Positions 7,998 through 18,411 of a stretch of 64,000 nucleotides of DNA are shown piece after piece. The position numbers were made by a program, and so were the translations under genes. Origin of the DNA: an uncultured Fibrobacterota bacterium (GTDB taxonomy: Bacteria; Fibrobacterota; Chitinivibrionia; Chitinivibrionales; FEN-1185). A model generated the notes under the pieces. That model worked only from the letters and a program-made list of their open reading frames with translations, made no database searches and was not told the DNA's origin. The stretch covers positions 33,868-97,867 of the forward strand of contig CAVSQB010000001.1 in NCBI GenBank assembly GCA_963729895.1, in the 5' to 3' direction. The stretch's first letter is position 1, and the number at the start of each line of letters is the position of its first letter.

Positions 7998-10697
7998 TCA
8001 AACGCGGTTAAACGCCTCAACCCCGCCCTTGTGTTGGAGTATCGAACGCACGGTTGCTAGCGCCTCCTCAAGTTTCTCCGGGTTCTTTCCGCCGGCCTGT
8101 GCCCGAGTCGGACTTCCGCCGCCGCTGCCGTCCGCTTTCTGAGCCGCTGCCTTGACAAGCTCGCCGCAATGAACGCCGCAGTCCTTGACAGCCTTGTGAC
8201 CGGCCGTGGCAAAAAAGAGAACGCGCCCGTCAACCGCTGCACCGAGCGCAACGGCCGTGTTGTTCAGGTCCCTGCTCTTGATTGCATCGGAAATCGCGTC
8301 GCACAGCGCAGTGAATGTTTCCTTGTCGCACGGTCCGAGATTCTTGACCGCCCAGGCGCATGGCGCCTTTGAGGCTGCGGATTCGGCCAGTATTTCTTCG
8401 GCTTGGTTCTTCACCTGCCCTCGCGAGAGCACGGCGATTTTCTGTTCGAGCTCCTTGATTCGTGCGCCGAGCCCCTCTGCGCGGCCGACAAGAGAATCTT
8501 CGCTCACCTTGAGTGTTCGGCACAACTCGGCAACAACCGATTCCTTTGAGTGAAGAAATCCCAGGGAATTCATGCCGGTGATGGCTTCGATGCGGCGCAC
8601 GCCGGCGGCAATGCTTGTTTCCTGGGTGATGTGGAAAAGGCCGATGGTGCCGGTGGAGGTCACATGCGTGCCCCCGCACAGCTCCTTGCTGACGCTTCCC
8701 ATGCTCACCACGCGGACGCTTTCGCCGTACTTTTCGCCGAACAGCGCCATGGCGCCTTCCTTTTTCGCCTCAACGGTCGATTGCACAACCGTGGTCACGG
8801 GCAAATCGGCGAGCACCCATTCGTTTACCAGCTCTTCAACGGCACGGATCTCGCTTTCGGAAAGCGCCTTGTGGTGCGTGAAGTCGAACCGGAGCGAATC
8901 CGGCGCAACGCGCGAGCCCGACTGCTGCACGTGGGTCCCGAGAATCTTCCTGAGCGCCGCCTGCAAGAGATGCGTGGCGCTGTGGTTTCTGCGCGTGCTT
9001 GTGCGCCCGCCCGGCCCAATCTCGGCCCGAAGCACGGCTTTCAATTCTTCCGCATTGAACGGTACGTCCGATGCCGCAACATGCACGGTCATGTCGTTCC
9101 ATTTGACTATGTTGACAACAGAGATGACCGTCCCCGCTGCCGTGGTAACCGTGCCGGTGTCGCCGACCTGGCCGCCCGATTCGGCGTAGAACGGAGATGT
9201 ATCGAGTATCAACAGGCATTCCCGGATTCCCTGGTCGTCGGATGAGATAATTTTGTAGCGGCATACGTTGCATTCGGCAACGGTGTGATCGTAACCGACA
9301 AATGTGGTGCCCTGCGCCTGTCGAAGCGTTACCCAGCCTTCGGCCGTGAGGCCGCTTTCGTCGCCCTTCTTTGCAGCGTCCCGGGCGCGCTCCCGCTGCT
9401 TTCCCATTTCCTTTTCGAACCCGGATTCGTCGATAGTGTATCCCTTTTCGTCGGCCATGAGCCGCGTAAGGTCCATTGGAAAGCCGAAGGTGTCGTACAG
9501 CATGAAGACGTCCGGACCGGGGATTGTTTTAGCCTTTGACCTTTCCAGCCCGGAAATAATCTGGCCGAATTTTTCGATTCCCTGCTCAAGGGTTGCACCG
9601 AACCGCTCTTCTTCTGAGCGGATCACATCGGACACGTATCCGGTGCGTTGCTTGATTTCGGGGAAAGCATCGCCCATCATGGAAACCACGACCGGCACGA
9701 GGGAATGAAGAAACGGTTCGTGAAAACCGAGTTCGCGGCCGAACCTGCCGGCACGGCGCAGGAGCCGGCGAAGCACATAGCCCCGGCCTTCGTTTGACGG
9801 CATTGCGCCGTCGGTTATTGCAAACACGAGGGCGCGGATATGGTCCGCGATCACACGGAACGGCGTGCCGGACCGGTCGGCGGCATAGGGCCTGCCGCTC
9901 TTTCGGGAAAGTTCGGCAATGACGGGAGAAAAAAGATCGGTGCCGTAATTGGAGGTGGTGCCCTGAAGAATTGAAACCACGCGTTCGAGGCCCATTCCCG
10001 TGTCAACATGCTTACTCGGCAGATCGGAAAGCTTTCCGTTTTTTTCACGGTTGCATTGGATAAAGACAAGGTTCCAGATTTCGCGGAACCTGTCGTTTGC
10101 GCCGTTGACCCCCTTGACAGGATCGTTATACAGCTGTGCACGGTCTTTTTCGCTGCCGATGTCGTAATGGATTTCCGAACACGGACCGCACGGGCCCGTG
10201 TCACCCATTTCCCAGAAATTCGATTTAGCGCCAAACCGCATGATCCGCCACGGCTCGATGTCCGTTTCGCTTTTCCAAAGATTCTCGGCCTCTTCGTCGG
10301 TTTCGAACACGGTGACAAAAAGCCTGTCTTTGGGCAGATTCCACACCGAGGTCAAGAGCTCCCATGCCCAGGTGATAGCCTCCTTTTTGTAATAATCGCC
10401 GAACGACCAGTTGCCGAGCATCTCGAAGAATGTATGGTGATAATGGTCGCGGCCGACTTCCTCCAAATCGTTGTGTTTCCCCGACACGCGCATGCATTTC
10501 TGGGAGTTTGCGACCCGGCGGTACCCTTCCTTGTTCTCGCCGAGAAAGATCGCTTTGAACTGGTTCATCCCCGCATTTGTAAACAGCAGGGTGGGATCGT
10601 TCTGCGGCACGACCGGCGAACCGGGAACAAACGTATGCCCTTTTGACTTGAAGAAGTCTATGAATTCCCGGCGGATCTGGTTCCCTGTTTTGGGCAT
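7998..10697 (-). CDS. alaS: Alanine--tRNA ligase
   Basis: DPTLLFTNAGMNQFK, HHTFFEMLGNWSFGDY, DTGMGLER, NHSATHLL, ELCGGTHV. Confidence 0.99.
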   Translation of the reverse strand: MPKTGNQIRREFIDFFKSKGHTFVPGSPVVPQNDPTLLFTNAGMNQFKAIFLGENKEGYRRVANSQKCMRVSGKHNDLEEVGRDHYHHTFFEMLGNWSFGDYYKKEAITWAWELLTSVWNLPKDRLFVTVFETDEEAENLWKSETDIEPWRIMRFGAKSNFWEMGDTGPCGPCSEIHYDIGSEKDRAQLYNDPVKGVNGANDRFREIWNLVFIQCNREKNGKLSDLPSKHVDTGMGLERVVSILQGTTSNYGTDLFSPVIAELSRKSGRPYAADRSGTPFRVIADHIRALVFAITDGAMPSNEGRGYVLRRLLRRAGRFGRELGFHEPFLHSLVPVVVSMMGDAFPEIKQRTGYVSDVIRSEEERFGATLEQGIEKFGQIISGLERSKAKTIPGPDVFMLYDTFGFPMDLTRLMADEKGYTIDESGFEKEMGKQRERARDAAKKGDESGLTAEGWVTLRQAQGTTFVGYDHTVAECNVCRYKIISSDDQGIRECLLILDTSPFYAESGGQVGDTGTVTTAAGTVISVVNIVKWNDMTVHVAASDVPFNAEELKAVLRAEIGPGGRTSTRRNHSATHLLQAALRKILGTHVQQSGSRVAPDSLRFDFTHHKALSESEIRAVEELVNEWVLADLPVTTVVQSTVEAKKEGAMALFGEKYGESVRVVSMGSVSKELCGGTHVTSTGTIGLFHITQETSIAAGVRRIEAITGMNSLGFLHSKESVVAELCRTLKVSEDSLVGRAEGLGARIKELEQKIAVLSRGQVKNQAEEILAESAASKAPCAWAVKNLGPCDKETFTALCDAISDAIKSRDLNNTAVALGAAVDGRVLFFATAGHKAVKDCGVHCGELVKAAAQKADGSGGGSPTRAQAGGKNPEKLEEALATVRSILQHKGGVEAFNRV

Positions 10698-10699
10698 TT

Positions 10700-11770
10700 T
10701 TATTCTTCCTTCTCGTCCTTTTTCTCCCCGGAGAGTTCCACAGGCTTTTTTCCAAGCGTTTTGAGTTTGTCACGTAACTGTTTTTCGATTTTTGCCATGA
10801 TGTCTTTGTTTTCCTCGATAAAATCGCGCGACTTTTCGCGCCCCTGTCCCAGCCGTTCACCCTCGAACGACAGCCACGCCCCGCTTTTCTCGACGATGTT
10901 GTGCATCACGGCAAGGTCGATGACGTCGCCCGCGAAGGAAATCCCCTTTCCGTACAGGATGTCGAATTCGGCTTCCCTGAAAGGCGGGGCCACTTTGTTT
11001 TTGACCACTTTTGCCCGGGTCCTGTTGCCGATGACGTTGTCGCCGTCCTTGATTGCCGCGATGCGCCGGATGTCGATACGGACCGACGAATAGAATTTGA
11101 GGGCATTTCCGCCCGTGGTTGTTTCAGGGTTGCCGAACATGACGCCGATCTTCATGCGCAGCTGGTTGATAAAAATGAGGCAGGTTTTAGATTTGGAGAG
11201 AATTCCGGTGAGCTTGCGCAATGCCTGTGACATCAGCCGCGCCTGAAGCCCCATGTGGGAATCGCCCATGTCACCCTCGATTTCCGCCGCCGGCACGAGT
11301 GCGGCCACGCTGTCGATAACGATGATATCCACCGCGCCACTGCGCACGAGGGTGTCGGCGATTTCGAGCGCCTGTTCGCCCGTGTCGGGTTGCGACACGA
11401 GGAGGTTGTCGATGTCCACGCCGAGATTTTTGGCATAGAGCGCGTCAAATGCATATTCCGCGTCGATGAGCACGGCAATGCCCCCCGCCTTCTGAACGCT
11501 TGCGATGGCATGCAGAGCAAGCGTGGTCTTGCCGGAAGATTCCGGTCCGTAAATCTCCACGATGCGGCCTTTGGGCAACCCGCCCACGCCGAGCGCCATG
11601 TCGAGCGAAATGGAACCGGTCGGTATCGTGGGAATGTCGACGGCGAGCGACGCGGAACCGAGCCGCATGATAGCTCCCTTGCCGTGCTGTTTTTCAATTT
11701 GCCCTACCGCGTGTTCCACGGCCGCAGTCTTGTTCTTGAACTCCAGGTCTGCTTCCGGTTTTTTCGCCAT
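10700..11770 (-). CDS. recA: Recombinase A
   Basis: [35 protein letters not shown]; start at MAKKPE after an AGGAG RBS. Confidence 0.99.
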   Translation of the reverse strand: MAKKPEADLEFKNKTAAVEHAVGQIEKQHGKGAIMRLGSASLAVDIPTIPTGSISLDMALGVGGLPKGRIVEIYGPESSGKTTLALHAIASVQKAGGIAVLIDAEYAFDALYAKNLGVDIDNLLVSQPDTGEQALEIADTLVRSGAVDIIVIDSVAALVPAAEIEGDMGDSHMGLQARLMSQALRKLTGILSKSKTCLIFINQLRMKIGVMFGNPETTTGGNALKFYSSVRIDIRRIAAIKDGDNVIGNRTRAKVVKNKVAPPFREAEFDILYGKGISFAGDVIDLAVMHNIVEKSGAWLSFEGERLGQGREKSRDFIEENKDIMAKIEKQLRDKLKTLGKKPVELSGEKKDEKEE

Positions 11771-11881
11771 GACGGGTCTCCTTTTTTCATGGAAATGGTG
11801 CCGCCTCTTGGGGAGCACCGGAAAAAGTGACGGGTTGAAACAACAAGAGAAAATACGAAATTGCAAAGGACCTTAAGAAAT

Positions 11882-11895
11882 AATTGTGCACAATT
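11882..11895. promoter_or_regulatory. Perfect 14-bp palindrome upstream of recA, candidate operator
   Basis: AATTGTGCACAATT about 112 bp upstream of the recA start. Confidence 0.4.
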
Positions 11896-12259
11896 GGACG
11901 GCGGGTCGCGAGGCGTGACGTTGCGTCGGGAAAAAACGACTCCAGAGGCTGCAAGGATTGCCGAAAACTGCAGACAATTCCGGCCGAATTCCGCGCCTAT
12001 TGTGGATAAAGAGTGGGGGTGAAGCGCCACAGTACCAGGAGCGAACCTTCCAAGCGGATGAAAATCATCAAGATACTTCGACAGGCAATGGTCCTTCTTT
12101 TGTGATTCTGAGGCCTGCAGACCCCAGCGAAACGCTTCTCTCTGATTAGCGCTGAATTCATAAAACTGTGATTTATAGGAAGATAATCCGGTTGGCGTAC
12201 GCTTTGATTCTTCTTGTATGAAGAATAAAATGAGGTATATTTATCAGGGGTGGTGTTCC

Positions 12260-12667
12260 ATGGGAAAAACAATGCTTCGTGCAGCGGCAATGGCGGTCGG
12301 CGGGTGTTTTTTATTTGTCAACGCCCAGTCCGTGCAGACCCCAAACGCCGGCGCTTTCCAGGAATCACGGGCAGCGATCCAATCCAATTACGACCAGCTC
12401 TACCAGTCTCTTCCCCAGGACCTTCAGGCGCAGATAAAAAGCGCAGCAAGCACCATAGAGAACCTCAGAATGATGACTCCGGACGAAATGAAGGCCTATA
12501 TGGCAACAGAGAGCGAGAGAGCGGAGTCATTCGTCAAGTCGACCATTTCCCAACTTCCTGTGGCGGATGCTGTGAAGACCCAGGTGGATGACTCGAGGGC
12601 GGAATCATGCCAGCAGATCAGCGAAAGAATGAACGAGCTCAAGGCGAGAAGGGCGGCTCACAAGTAG
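12260..12667 (+). CDS. Secreted helical hypothetical protein
   Basis: Signal peptide ending VNA-Q; Q/A/E-rich; followed by a terminator. Confidence 0.7.
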   Translation: MGKTMLRAAAMAVGGCFLFVNAQSVQTPNAGAFQESRAAIQSNYDQLYQSLPQDLQAQIKSAASTIENLRMMTPDEMKAYMATESERAESFVKSTISQLPVADAVKTQVDDSRAESCQQISERMNELKARRAAHK

Positions 12668-12729
12668 CGGCAGAGGATGCCAAAGGAAGGGATCTGCACA
12701 GAGAGCATGTGTAAGATGGCTGTGAGGAC

Positions 12730-12757
12730 AAACAGGGGGGTATCCCCTGTTTTTTTT
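12730..12757 (+). terminator. Rho-independent terminator
   Basis: AAACAGGGG-GGTAT-CCCCTGTTT followed by a T tract. Confidence 0.8.
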
Positions 12758-12786
12758 GGCGGGCAGAATTCCTATAAGGCAAGGAT

Positions 12787-13959
12787 GTGAAAATGGCGAA
12801 ATGCAGGAAGGCGGGAGGCGGAAACCTGGTGGCAGGCGGCATCACCGCCATGCTCATCGTTGCCTGGTGCGCCAGCGGCGCGCCGGTCGACACGCTTGTT
12901 GTTTCCGGATTCGTCACGACTGAGGGAAGCGCTGTCGTCGTGCGAAATGCCCTCGTGGTTGTCACCCTCGGAGGAACAGCGGGGATTGCGGGAACGGATT
13001 CCGCACGCACCGATGCGCTGGGACGGTATAGTATCGTTGCCACAACAGTTGCGGACAAGGCAAATATCTCCGTGAGTGCGCAGGGATTTCAGGGGGCCGA
13101 AAATACCGTTGAAATTCCCCAGCCGGCAGGAGGCGTTCCCGACACCATACGAGTCGATTTCGCGTTGCGGCCCTCCGTTGCCGCACCAAACGACACCATC
13201 ACGATAAGCGGCGTTGTGGCGGTCGCGGCTACACACCAACCTCTTGTCAAGGCTGCGATCATCGCTCAGGGATTTGCGGGCGTAGGAGGCGCGACCATAA
13301 GCGATACGATATGGAGCGATTCAACGGGCCGGTTTAGGGCGCTGCTGTCGACCGCGAATTACTACTACGCGTCGCTGACGGTTGAGAAAGACGGATACAG
13401 GTCGCTCAACCGCGAGTTGCCAACGGGCAGCCGCAACATCCAGCTCGACACGCTGCTCCTTGTCAAATTGGAGGCGGGCGACACCGTTACCTATGTGGTG
13501 AGCGGGACCGTGTCGGACTCGCTGGGGGCCGGGATCGGCGGAGCCATCGTGCAGGTTCGCATAAGCAACGGGGCCACACTTCTCTATGAGGGAAACGACA
13601 CGACTTCACACCTGGGCGGCTACTACAGCATAAGCACGAAACAGCGCTACGCTCCCGGCATGCTTGCAATCGAGGTCCATGTGGAAAAACAGAAGTATTT
13701 TTCGAAAGATACCGTGCAGATGCTGCCGTCGAGCACCGAAATCGCCGTGATAAATGCAGTGCTGTTTACAACGACATTGTCGGTGCTGAACCAGCCTCGG
13801 CTCACTGCGCCGAGGTCGGTCTCGCCTGCAAAGATATATTCGGTTGACGGAAGGCTCGTTGGGCCCGCGTCCGCAGGCTCGCGGCAGATACTTGCCGGTA
13901 AGGTGCTGCTATACAAGAGGGAAGGAGTTTCCGCACAGGAAGTGGTTCAAATGCGATAG
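12787..13959 (+). CDS. Secreted protein with repeated carboxypeptidase-regulatory-like beta-sandwich domains and an FCB-type C-terminal sorting-like tail
   Basis: Three VSG/ISG...TDxxGxY/F-type modules; C-terminal KIYSVDGRLV. Confidence 0.7.
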   Translation: MKMAKCRKAGGGNLVAGGITAMLIVAWCASGAPVDTLVVSGFVTTEGSAVVVRNALVVVTLGGTAGIAGTDSARTDALGRYSIVATTVADKANISVSAQGFQGAENTVEIPQPAGGVPDTIRVDFALRPSVAAPNDTITISGVVAVAATHQPLVKAAIIAQGFAGVGGATISDTIWSDSTGRFRALLSTANYYYASLTVEKDGYRSLNRELPTGSRNIQLDTLLLVKLEAGDTVTYVVSGTVSDSLGAGIGGAIVQVRISNGATLLYEGNDTTSHLGGYYSISTKQRYAPGMLAIEVHVEKQKYFSKDTVQMLPSSTEIAVINAVLFTTTLSVLNQPRLTAPRSVSPAKIYSVDGRLVGPASAGSRQILAGKVLLYKREGVSAQEVVQMR

Positions 13960-13979
13960 TACGATAGGCCGGTATCTCT

Positions 13980-14579
13980 CTACCGGGAACAGCGTATACG
14001 CGAAAGCCGGGCCGAGGCCCACGGCCTCACCGGCTTTTTTCGTTTGGAAAGATGGTTACACAGCAGCCGGTATTCCTCCCGGTGGGGGGCGAAGGCAGGG
14101 TCGCCCCGGCGAGCAAGCCTTTTTAGCCCGGTGATCGGCAGGAACATTACCCCTGCAACTTCGGCGCGCTGCAGGGCGAGCGCCCCGATGCACAGGACCT
14201 TACGCATGACGAAAACCTCGCTGAACTCGTTGTCGACAAACGTTCCGTTGTGCTGCACGGATGCCGTTCTCACCGTGCACAGGCGGTGAAGTTCACGTTC
14301 TGCAGCCTTCACTCCGAGTTCTTGGAAGGTTTCCCTTTGCGCCGCCACGATCGTTGACTCGCCGGCAGACACGTGCCCGGCGGCGGACACATCCCACATT
14401 CCCGGGAACGAGTCCTTGGCGGGGGAGCGTTTCTGGAAGAGAATTTCACCGTTCTTGTTGACAATCCAGACATGGACTGTTGTGTGCCAGTCGCCGTCAC
14501 GATGAACCGCGGCACGCGATTTTGCGACCTCGAGCGGCCTGGCGGAACCATCCACGACATCAAGCCGTTCTTCGGCCAC
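13980..14579 (-). CDS. NUDIX hydrolase (IPP isomerase-like subfamily)
   Basis: VHRDGDWH, QKRSPAKDSFPGMWDVSAAGHV, Nudix box GESTIVAAQRETFQELG. Confidence 0.85.
   Translation of the reverse strand: MAEERLDVVDGSARPLEVAKSRAAVHRDGDWHTTVHVWIVNKNGEILFQKRSPAKDSFPGMWDVSAAGHVSAGESTIVAAQRETFQELGVKAAERELHRLCTVRTASVQHNGTFVDNEFSEVFVMRKVLCIGALALQRAEVAGVMFLPITGLKRLARRGDPAFAPHREEYRLLCNHLSKRKKPVRPWASARLSRIRCSR
14003..14040 (+). terminator. Terminator-like hairpin between convergent genes
   Basis: AAAGCCGG..GAGGCC-CAC-GGCCTC.CCGGCTTTTTT. Confidence 0.55.
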
Positions 14580-15352
14580 TATGGAACCGGTTTGTTTGAA
14601 ATGAGGATAAGAGCGGGAGCGTCCCCTTCGCCGGCGTACGGAAGAGCAATGGACGCCGCAGGATAAGCAACGTTGTTGAGAAGGACGGAACCGTCCTTGA
14701 CATCGGAAATCGATTCCACTTTTTCCATTCCGATCACCGTCTTTCCCTGCTTGACGAGAAGTGAATACCCCGGCCAGACCGCAAGCCTCGACAGGAAGTC
14801 TTTCCCTACCGTCAATCCACCGCAGGCGAAGAACACGGCGGTGTCGAGAATCGTGAATCTGGCCTTTGCCTGCAACGTGAGCACCGACTCACCCTTCACG
14901 TTATCCATGATGAATGCGGGAGTTGCACCCAGGCTTCGCGCCGCAGAAAATATGGTCCCGGTATTTGCGGGAAAGTGTCCGCAGGAAAGAATGACATATT
15001 GGGAATCGGTAATCGAAAGGATTGAGAATGCCATGGGCGCCAGGTACCGCGGTGCGATTTCCGTGACTTCGGGAGCGGATTTGTCGTTGTCGACAAGCAG
15101 CTTCATGGAGAATTCCCTGTCTGCGGCCACCACAGCGGCAAAGCCCCCGACCTGGCGAAGAACCATGTCCATCTGGTTGGAAAGCTGCCGTTCAACGGCT
15201 TCCCTGACAACAGATAGTTCCGCGGAAGAGGCATCGGCCGGTTTTTGCCTCGGCTGGCATCGGGAGAACAGCGCCAGAGCCGAGGCAAGCAGACACACGG
15301 AGAGCAGGCCTGCGGTGCGCCATTGTACGGGAAGGTTCGGTTGTTCGACCAT
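14579..15352 (-). CDS. Exported Cache/sensor-like hypothetical protein
   Basis: N-terminal hydrophobic segment with Cys; helix then PAS-like strands (ILSITDSQYVILS); translationally adjacent to adk. Confidence 0.6.
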   Translation of the reverse strand: MVEQPNLPVQWRTAGLLSVCLLASALALFSRCQPRQKPADASSAELSVVREAVERQLSNQMDMVLRQVGGFAAVVAADREFSMKLLVDNDKSAPEVTEIAPRYLAPMAFSILSITDSQYVILSCGHFPANTGTIFSAARSLGATPAFIMDNVKGESVLTLQAKARFTILDTAVFFACGGLTVGKDFLSRLAVWPGYSLLVKQGKTVIGMEKVESISDVKDGSVLLNNVAYPAASIALPYAGEGDAPALILISNKPVP

Positions 15353-15354
15353 GG

Positions 15355-15927
15355 CTAAGTGAAGACCTTCCGAATCCTGTTGAAAACGTCGTCAATGGAT
15401 CCGGTGCCTTCGATGTCCCGAACGATCCCCCGGGGACGGTAATAGTTGATACAGGGCTCGCTCTGGTTTTTGTAGGTATCGATCCGGTTCTGGATAACCT
15501 TGGGGTCCGCATCGTCCGCCCGGCCTTCTATGGTGGCGCGCTTGAGCAGCCGGGCGCGAACCTCTTCGTCTGCGACCGCAATATTGATTACGTGGTCAAG
15601 GTGCGCGCTGAGTTCGGAGAGAATGGCGTCCAGCGCCTTTGCCTGCGGCACGCTACGCGGAAACCCGTCGAGCAGGAAACCGGCCTTCATGTCTTTCTGG
15701 GCCAGCCTGTCCTTTACCATTGCGATGGTCACTTCGTCCGGCACGAGCTTGCCTTTGTCGGAATAGCTCTTGGCGGTCTTGCCGAGCTCGGTGTTGTTCT
15801 TGATGTGATAACGGAACATGTCGCCTGTTGACACATGAGGGAGCACCAGCAGTTCGACCAGCTTTTTGGCCTGGGTGCCTTTTCCGGCCCCGGGCGGGCC
15901 AAAAAGAATGATGTTTTTTCCGGCCAT
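15355..15927 (-). CDS. adk: Adenylate kinase (short LID)
   Basis: GPPGAGKGTQA, HVSTGDMFR, LDGFPRS, GRADD. Confidence 0.98.
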   Translation of the reverse strand: MAGKNIILFGPPGAGKGTQAKKLVELLVLPHVSTGDMFRYHIKNNTELGKTAKSYSDKGKLVPDEVTIAMVKDRLAQKDMKAGFLLDGFPRSVPQAKALDAILSELSAHLDHVINIAVADEEVRARLLKRATIEGRADDADPKVIQNRIDTYKNQSEPCINYYRPRGIVRDIEGTGSIDDVFNRIRKVFT

Positions 15928-16042
15928 GGTGAGAAGCCTTTCCAGAAGGGTTCGGGTGAACGGTAGTGTGGAGACAGGTAAAATACCTTTGGGGTGAAAA
16001 TATTCAAAAAATCTTTATTGTTTCTGCAAGGCGGAAGGATCG

Positions 16043-17374
16043 TCAAAACCACCCGGAAACGAAGGGAACCACGACACATCCCACAAGCATCAAGAGGCAA
16101 AATCTTGTGTGGAGCTTGATGACCTGCAACGGAAGGATACTGTGCGCCGCCCGTTCGCTCAACTCCGCTAAATCCTTGGCGCCCCGTCCAAGCCGCAGGG
16201 CGATTGAAATCGCCCATGGCGCCGATAGAATTACAATCAAGGCGGGGGCAAAACGGGTGTCAACGCACACTGCGCATCCGACAAGCAAATAGGGCAGACC
16301 AATAATGGCCGTAAACAACACAAGGGCGCGTTGCCACCCTATTCGGACCGGCATGGTGGTTATGCCGGCCGCTTGATCGAAAAAAGCGTCACGGATGTTG
16401 TTTCCGTACGATACGGCGGAAACAAGCAACCCGATCGCGATTGACATGAGAATAACCGGAACCGCCAGTGTGCGCTCCTGGACATAGTACGCTCCGCACA
16501 CCATGAGCGGCCCCATGAGAAAACCGGTTGACGCCTCTCCGAGGCCGATGTATTTGAGCCCCCGCGGACCGCCGGTATAGAAAAAACCGCCCAGAATGCC
16601 CGCAATTCCGAAAACCAAAATGGGCCATCCGACCGCCGAAACGAGAAACCCGCCGATAACTGCGGTGATCAGGACGCAGGCGGCCGCGGCCAGAAGTATC
16701 CGGGCCGGTTCCGCGAGTTCGTCAACCAGCGCTCCGGTGTGGGAAGACAGGGCGTTGGTGGTGTCCACGCCTTTGACATAATCGGAATAATCGCTGAACA
16801 GGTTTGTCGCGGCGTGGGCGGCAACGCCGCCGACCAGGGCGCACGCGAAAAGCAGCCAGTCCACGTGACCATTGACAAGGGAACAACTCGTTCCGATGAG
16901 AACCGGAAATATCGATAGCGGAAAAGATATGCCGCGGGCCGCACGAAACCAGAAATGGAGCCCCTTGCTCGCAGGGGCGTTCTGCTGCCGGTTTTGCCAG
17001 GCATTCCGCCTGCGCTCGATCACAAAGTCGGCGCTACCTGAATCGAAGGGCATGCCGATCAAAATGCGATAGGGCTCAAGCCGGACCCTCCTGGCGTCAC
17101 CCTTCACAAAATGAGCAATGCCGTCACCGCGAATCTCAGGCGCGCCTTTGGCGGGCCCGATGGAAAACGAAACCCGCGGATGTTTGTCCGGAGCAATAAC
17201 CGGAAAAGACGCAGGGAGTTCCATGAGCAAGGAATCTTCACAAATGACGCAGGGAACAACGGCTGTCCACGGCCTTGGAGCAGGCAGCGATACGGCGACG
17301 GCGCCCTGTGAATGAGCGGCTTTCCGGAAGATGTCCAGAATGTCCAGTGGTTCCACGATCCCGCCCTCTTTCAT
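16043..17374 (-). CDS. MenA-like UbiA-family prenyltransferase with an extra soluble N-terminal domain
   Basis: ATNLFSDYSDYVKGVD, KYIGLGE, GPLMVCGAYYVQ, NNIRD...GITT; ATG overlaps the upstream stop (ATGA). Confidence 0.8.
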   Translation of the reverse strand: MKEGGIVEPLDILDIFRKAAHSQGAVAVSLPAPRPWTAVVPCVICEDSLLMELPASFPVIAPDKHPRVSFSIGPAKGAPEIRGDGIAHFVKGDARRVRLEPYRILIGMPFDSGSADFVIERRRNAWQNRQQNAPASKGLHFWFRAARGISFPLSIFPVLIGTSCSLVNGHVDWLLFACALVGGVAAHAATNLFSDYSDYVKGVDTTNALSSHTGALVDELAEPARILLAAAACVLITAVIGGFLVSAVGWPILVFGIAGILGGFFYTGGPRGLKYIGLGEASTGFLMGPLMVCGAYYVQERTLAVPVILMSIAIGLLVSAVSYGNNIRDAFFDQAAGITTMPVRIGWQRALVLFTAIIGLPYLLVGCAVCVDTRFAPALIVILSAPWAISIALRLGRGAKDLAELSERAAHSILPLQVIKLHTRFCLLMLVGCVVVPFVSGWF

Positions 17375-18309
17375 CCGTAAATCGACAGCGCCTGAAGCAC
17401 GGCCGACGGCTTCACGTGCGCCATGGCCGCCATTTCGGCAATGATGCCGTACCCGCACTGTTCGCACAGGCCGGGCTGCTCTCTCCCCCAGCAGCACTCG
17501 AACATTCGTCCCCGCTCCACCAGCCGAATCATGCGAATTGGGCGTTCGTATTCTCCCGTACCGAGGTTCTTGAGACCGGCCCGGGAGTTCAGGATGCAAT
17601 GGCCGGATTTCTTGAGAGCCAGTATTCTTGACGCCAGCTCCCGGCGTTGTGCGCGCGGTAAATGCAACTCCTCGACCCCCTGATACGGCGTATGGAAGTT
17701 TATGGACATTCCCCTAAACCCGGGGATGTTTTCCACGGCGCGCACCGTCTCCTCGAGGAATAAAGCGTTTACGCTGTTCAGCGTGATGTTGGCATACAAC
17801 CTGGGGTGCGAACTGGCGGAAACGTTGTTCCTGAGTTTTGCGAACGTGCCCTCTCCCCGGATCGAGTCGTGCATTGCTTCCGGTCCGTCAACGCTCACCC
17901 ATATCGCGTCGGCATCCAGGTCGATCGGCAGTGTTCCGTTTGTAACCGCCGCAATGCGCGCAAATCCGCGTTTGCGCGCCGCGGCAATCACGTCGTTCGG
18001 ACCGTTGCCTTTGTCTTCCCAGGTCAATATTTCGCCGCCCTGCAAGTATAAGAACCGCGCGCCTGCGGCGTAGAGATCGTCAATCCAGCCGCAGATCCGT
18101 TCGAACGAATGGTGGCCAATTCTTCCGTTCTTGACGACGCAGTGACGGCAGGAAAGATTGCAGGAATCGGTGAGCGGAACGCCCGCAACGATGGGCCGGC
18201 GCTTTCCCAACAGGAACCAGTCGATTCCGAACCGCACAAGCCCGAGTTTTTGTCCTATGGTCAGGCCGGAGGAATACCGCCCCTCAGATGGGAATGCCCC
18301 GACTGCCAT
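17371..18309 (-). CDS. Radical SAM protein with C-terminal Cys cluster
   Basis: CNLSCRHC, GGEIL, VTNG, SVDG; CCWG...CEQCG. Confidence 0.9.
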   Translation of the reverse strand: MAVGAFPSEGRYSSGLTIGQKLGLVRFGIDWFLLGKRRPIVAGVPLTDSCNLSCRHCVVKNGRIGHHSFERICGWIDDLYAAGARFLYLQGGEILTWEDKGNGPNDVIAAARKRGFARIAAVTNGTLPIDLDADAIWVSVDGPEAMHDSIRGEGTFAKLRNNVSASSHPRLYANITLNSVNALFLEETVRAVENIPGFRGMSINFHTPYQGVEELHLPRAQRRELASRILALKKSGHCILNSRAGLKNLGTGEYERPIRMIRLVERGRMFECCWGREQPGLCEQCGYGIIAEMAAMAHVKPSAVLQALSIYG

Positions 18310-18411
18310 GAAGTGCTCCTCCGGTTGTTATTCATCGACGAAGAGCGTTTTGATCCCTGAAGTTCCTGAGCAATCCCGTTGAACGGACCGCCGCGATCGG
18401 CGCACCGTCGA

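Noticed and set aside
13980..14579. IPP isomerase completing an ether-lipid pathway with GGGPS
   Set aside because: It has SAAGH instead of the catalytic Cys-containing motif of type 1 IDI, so it is treated as a generic Nudix.
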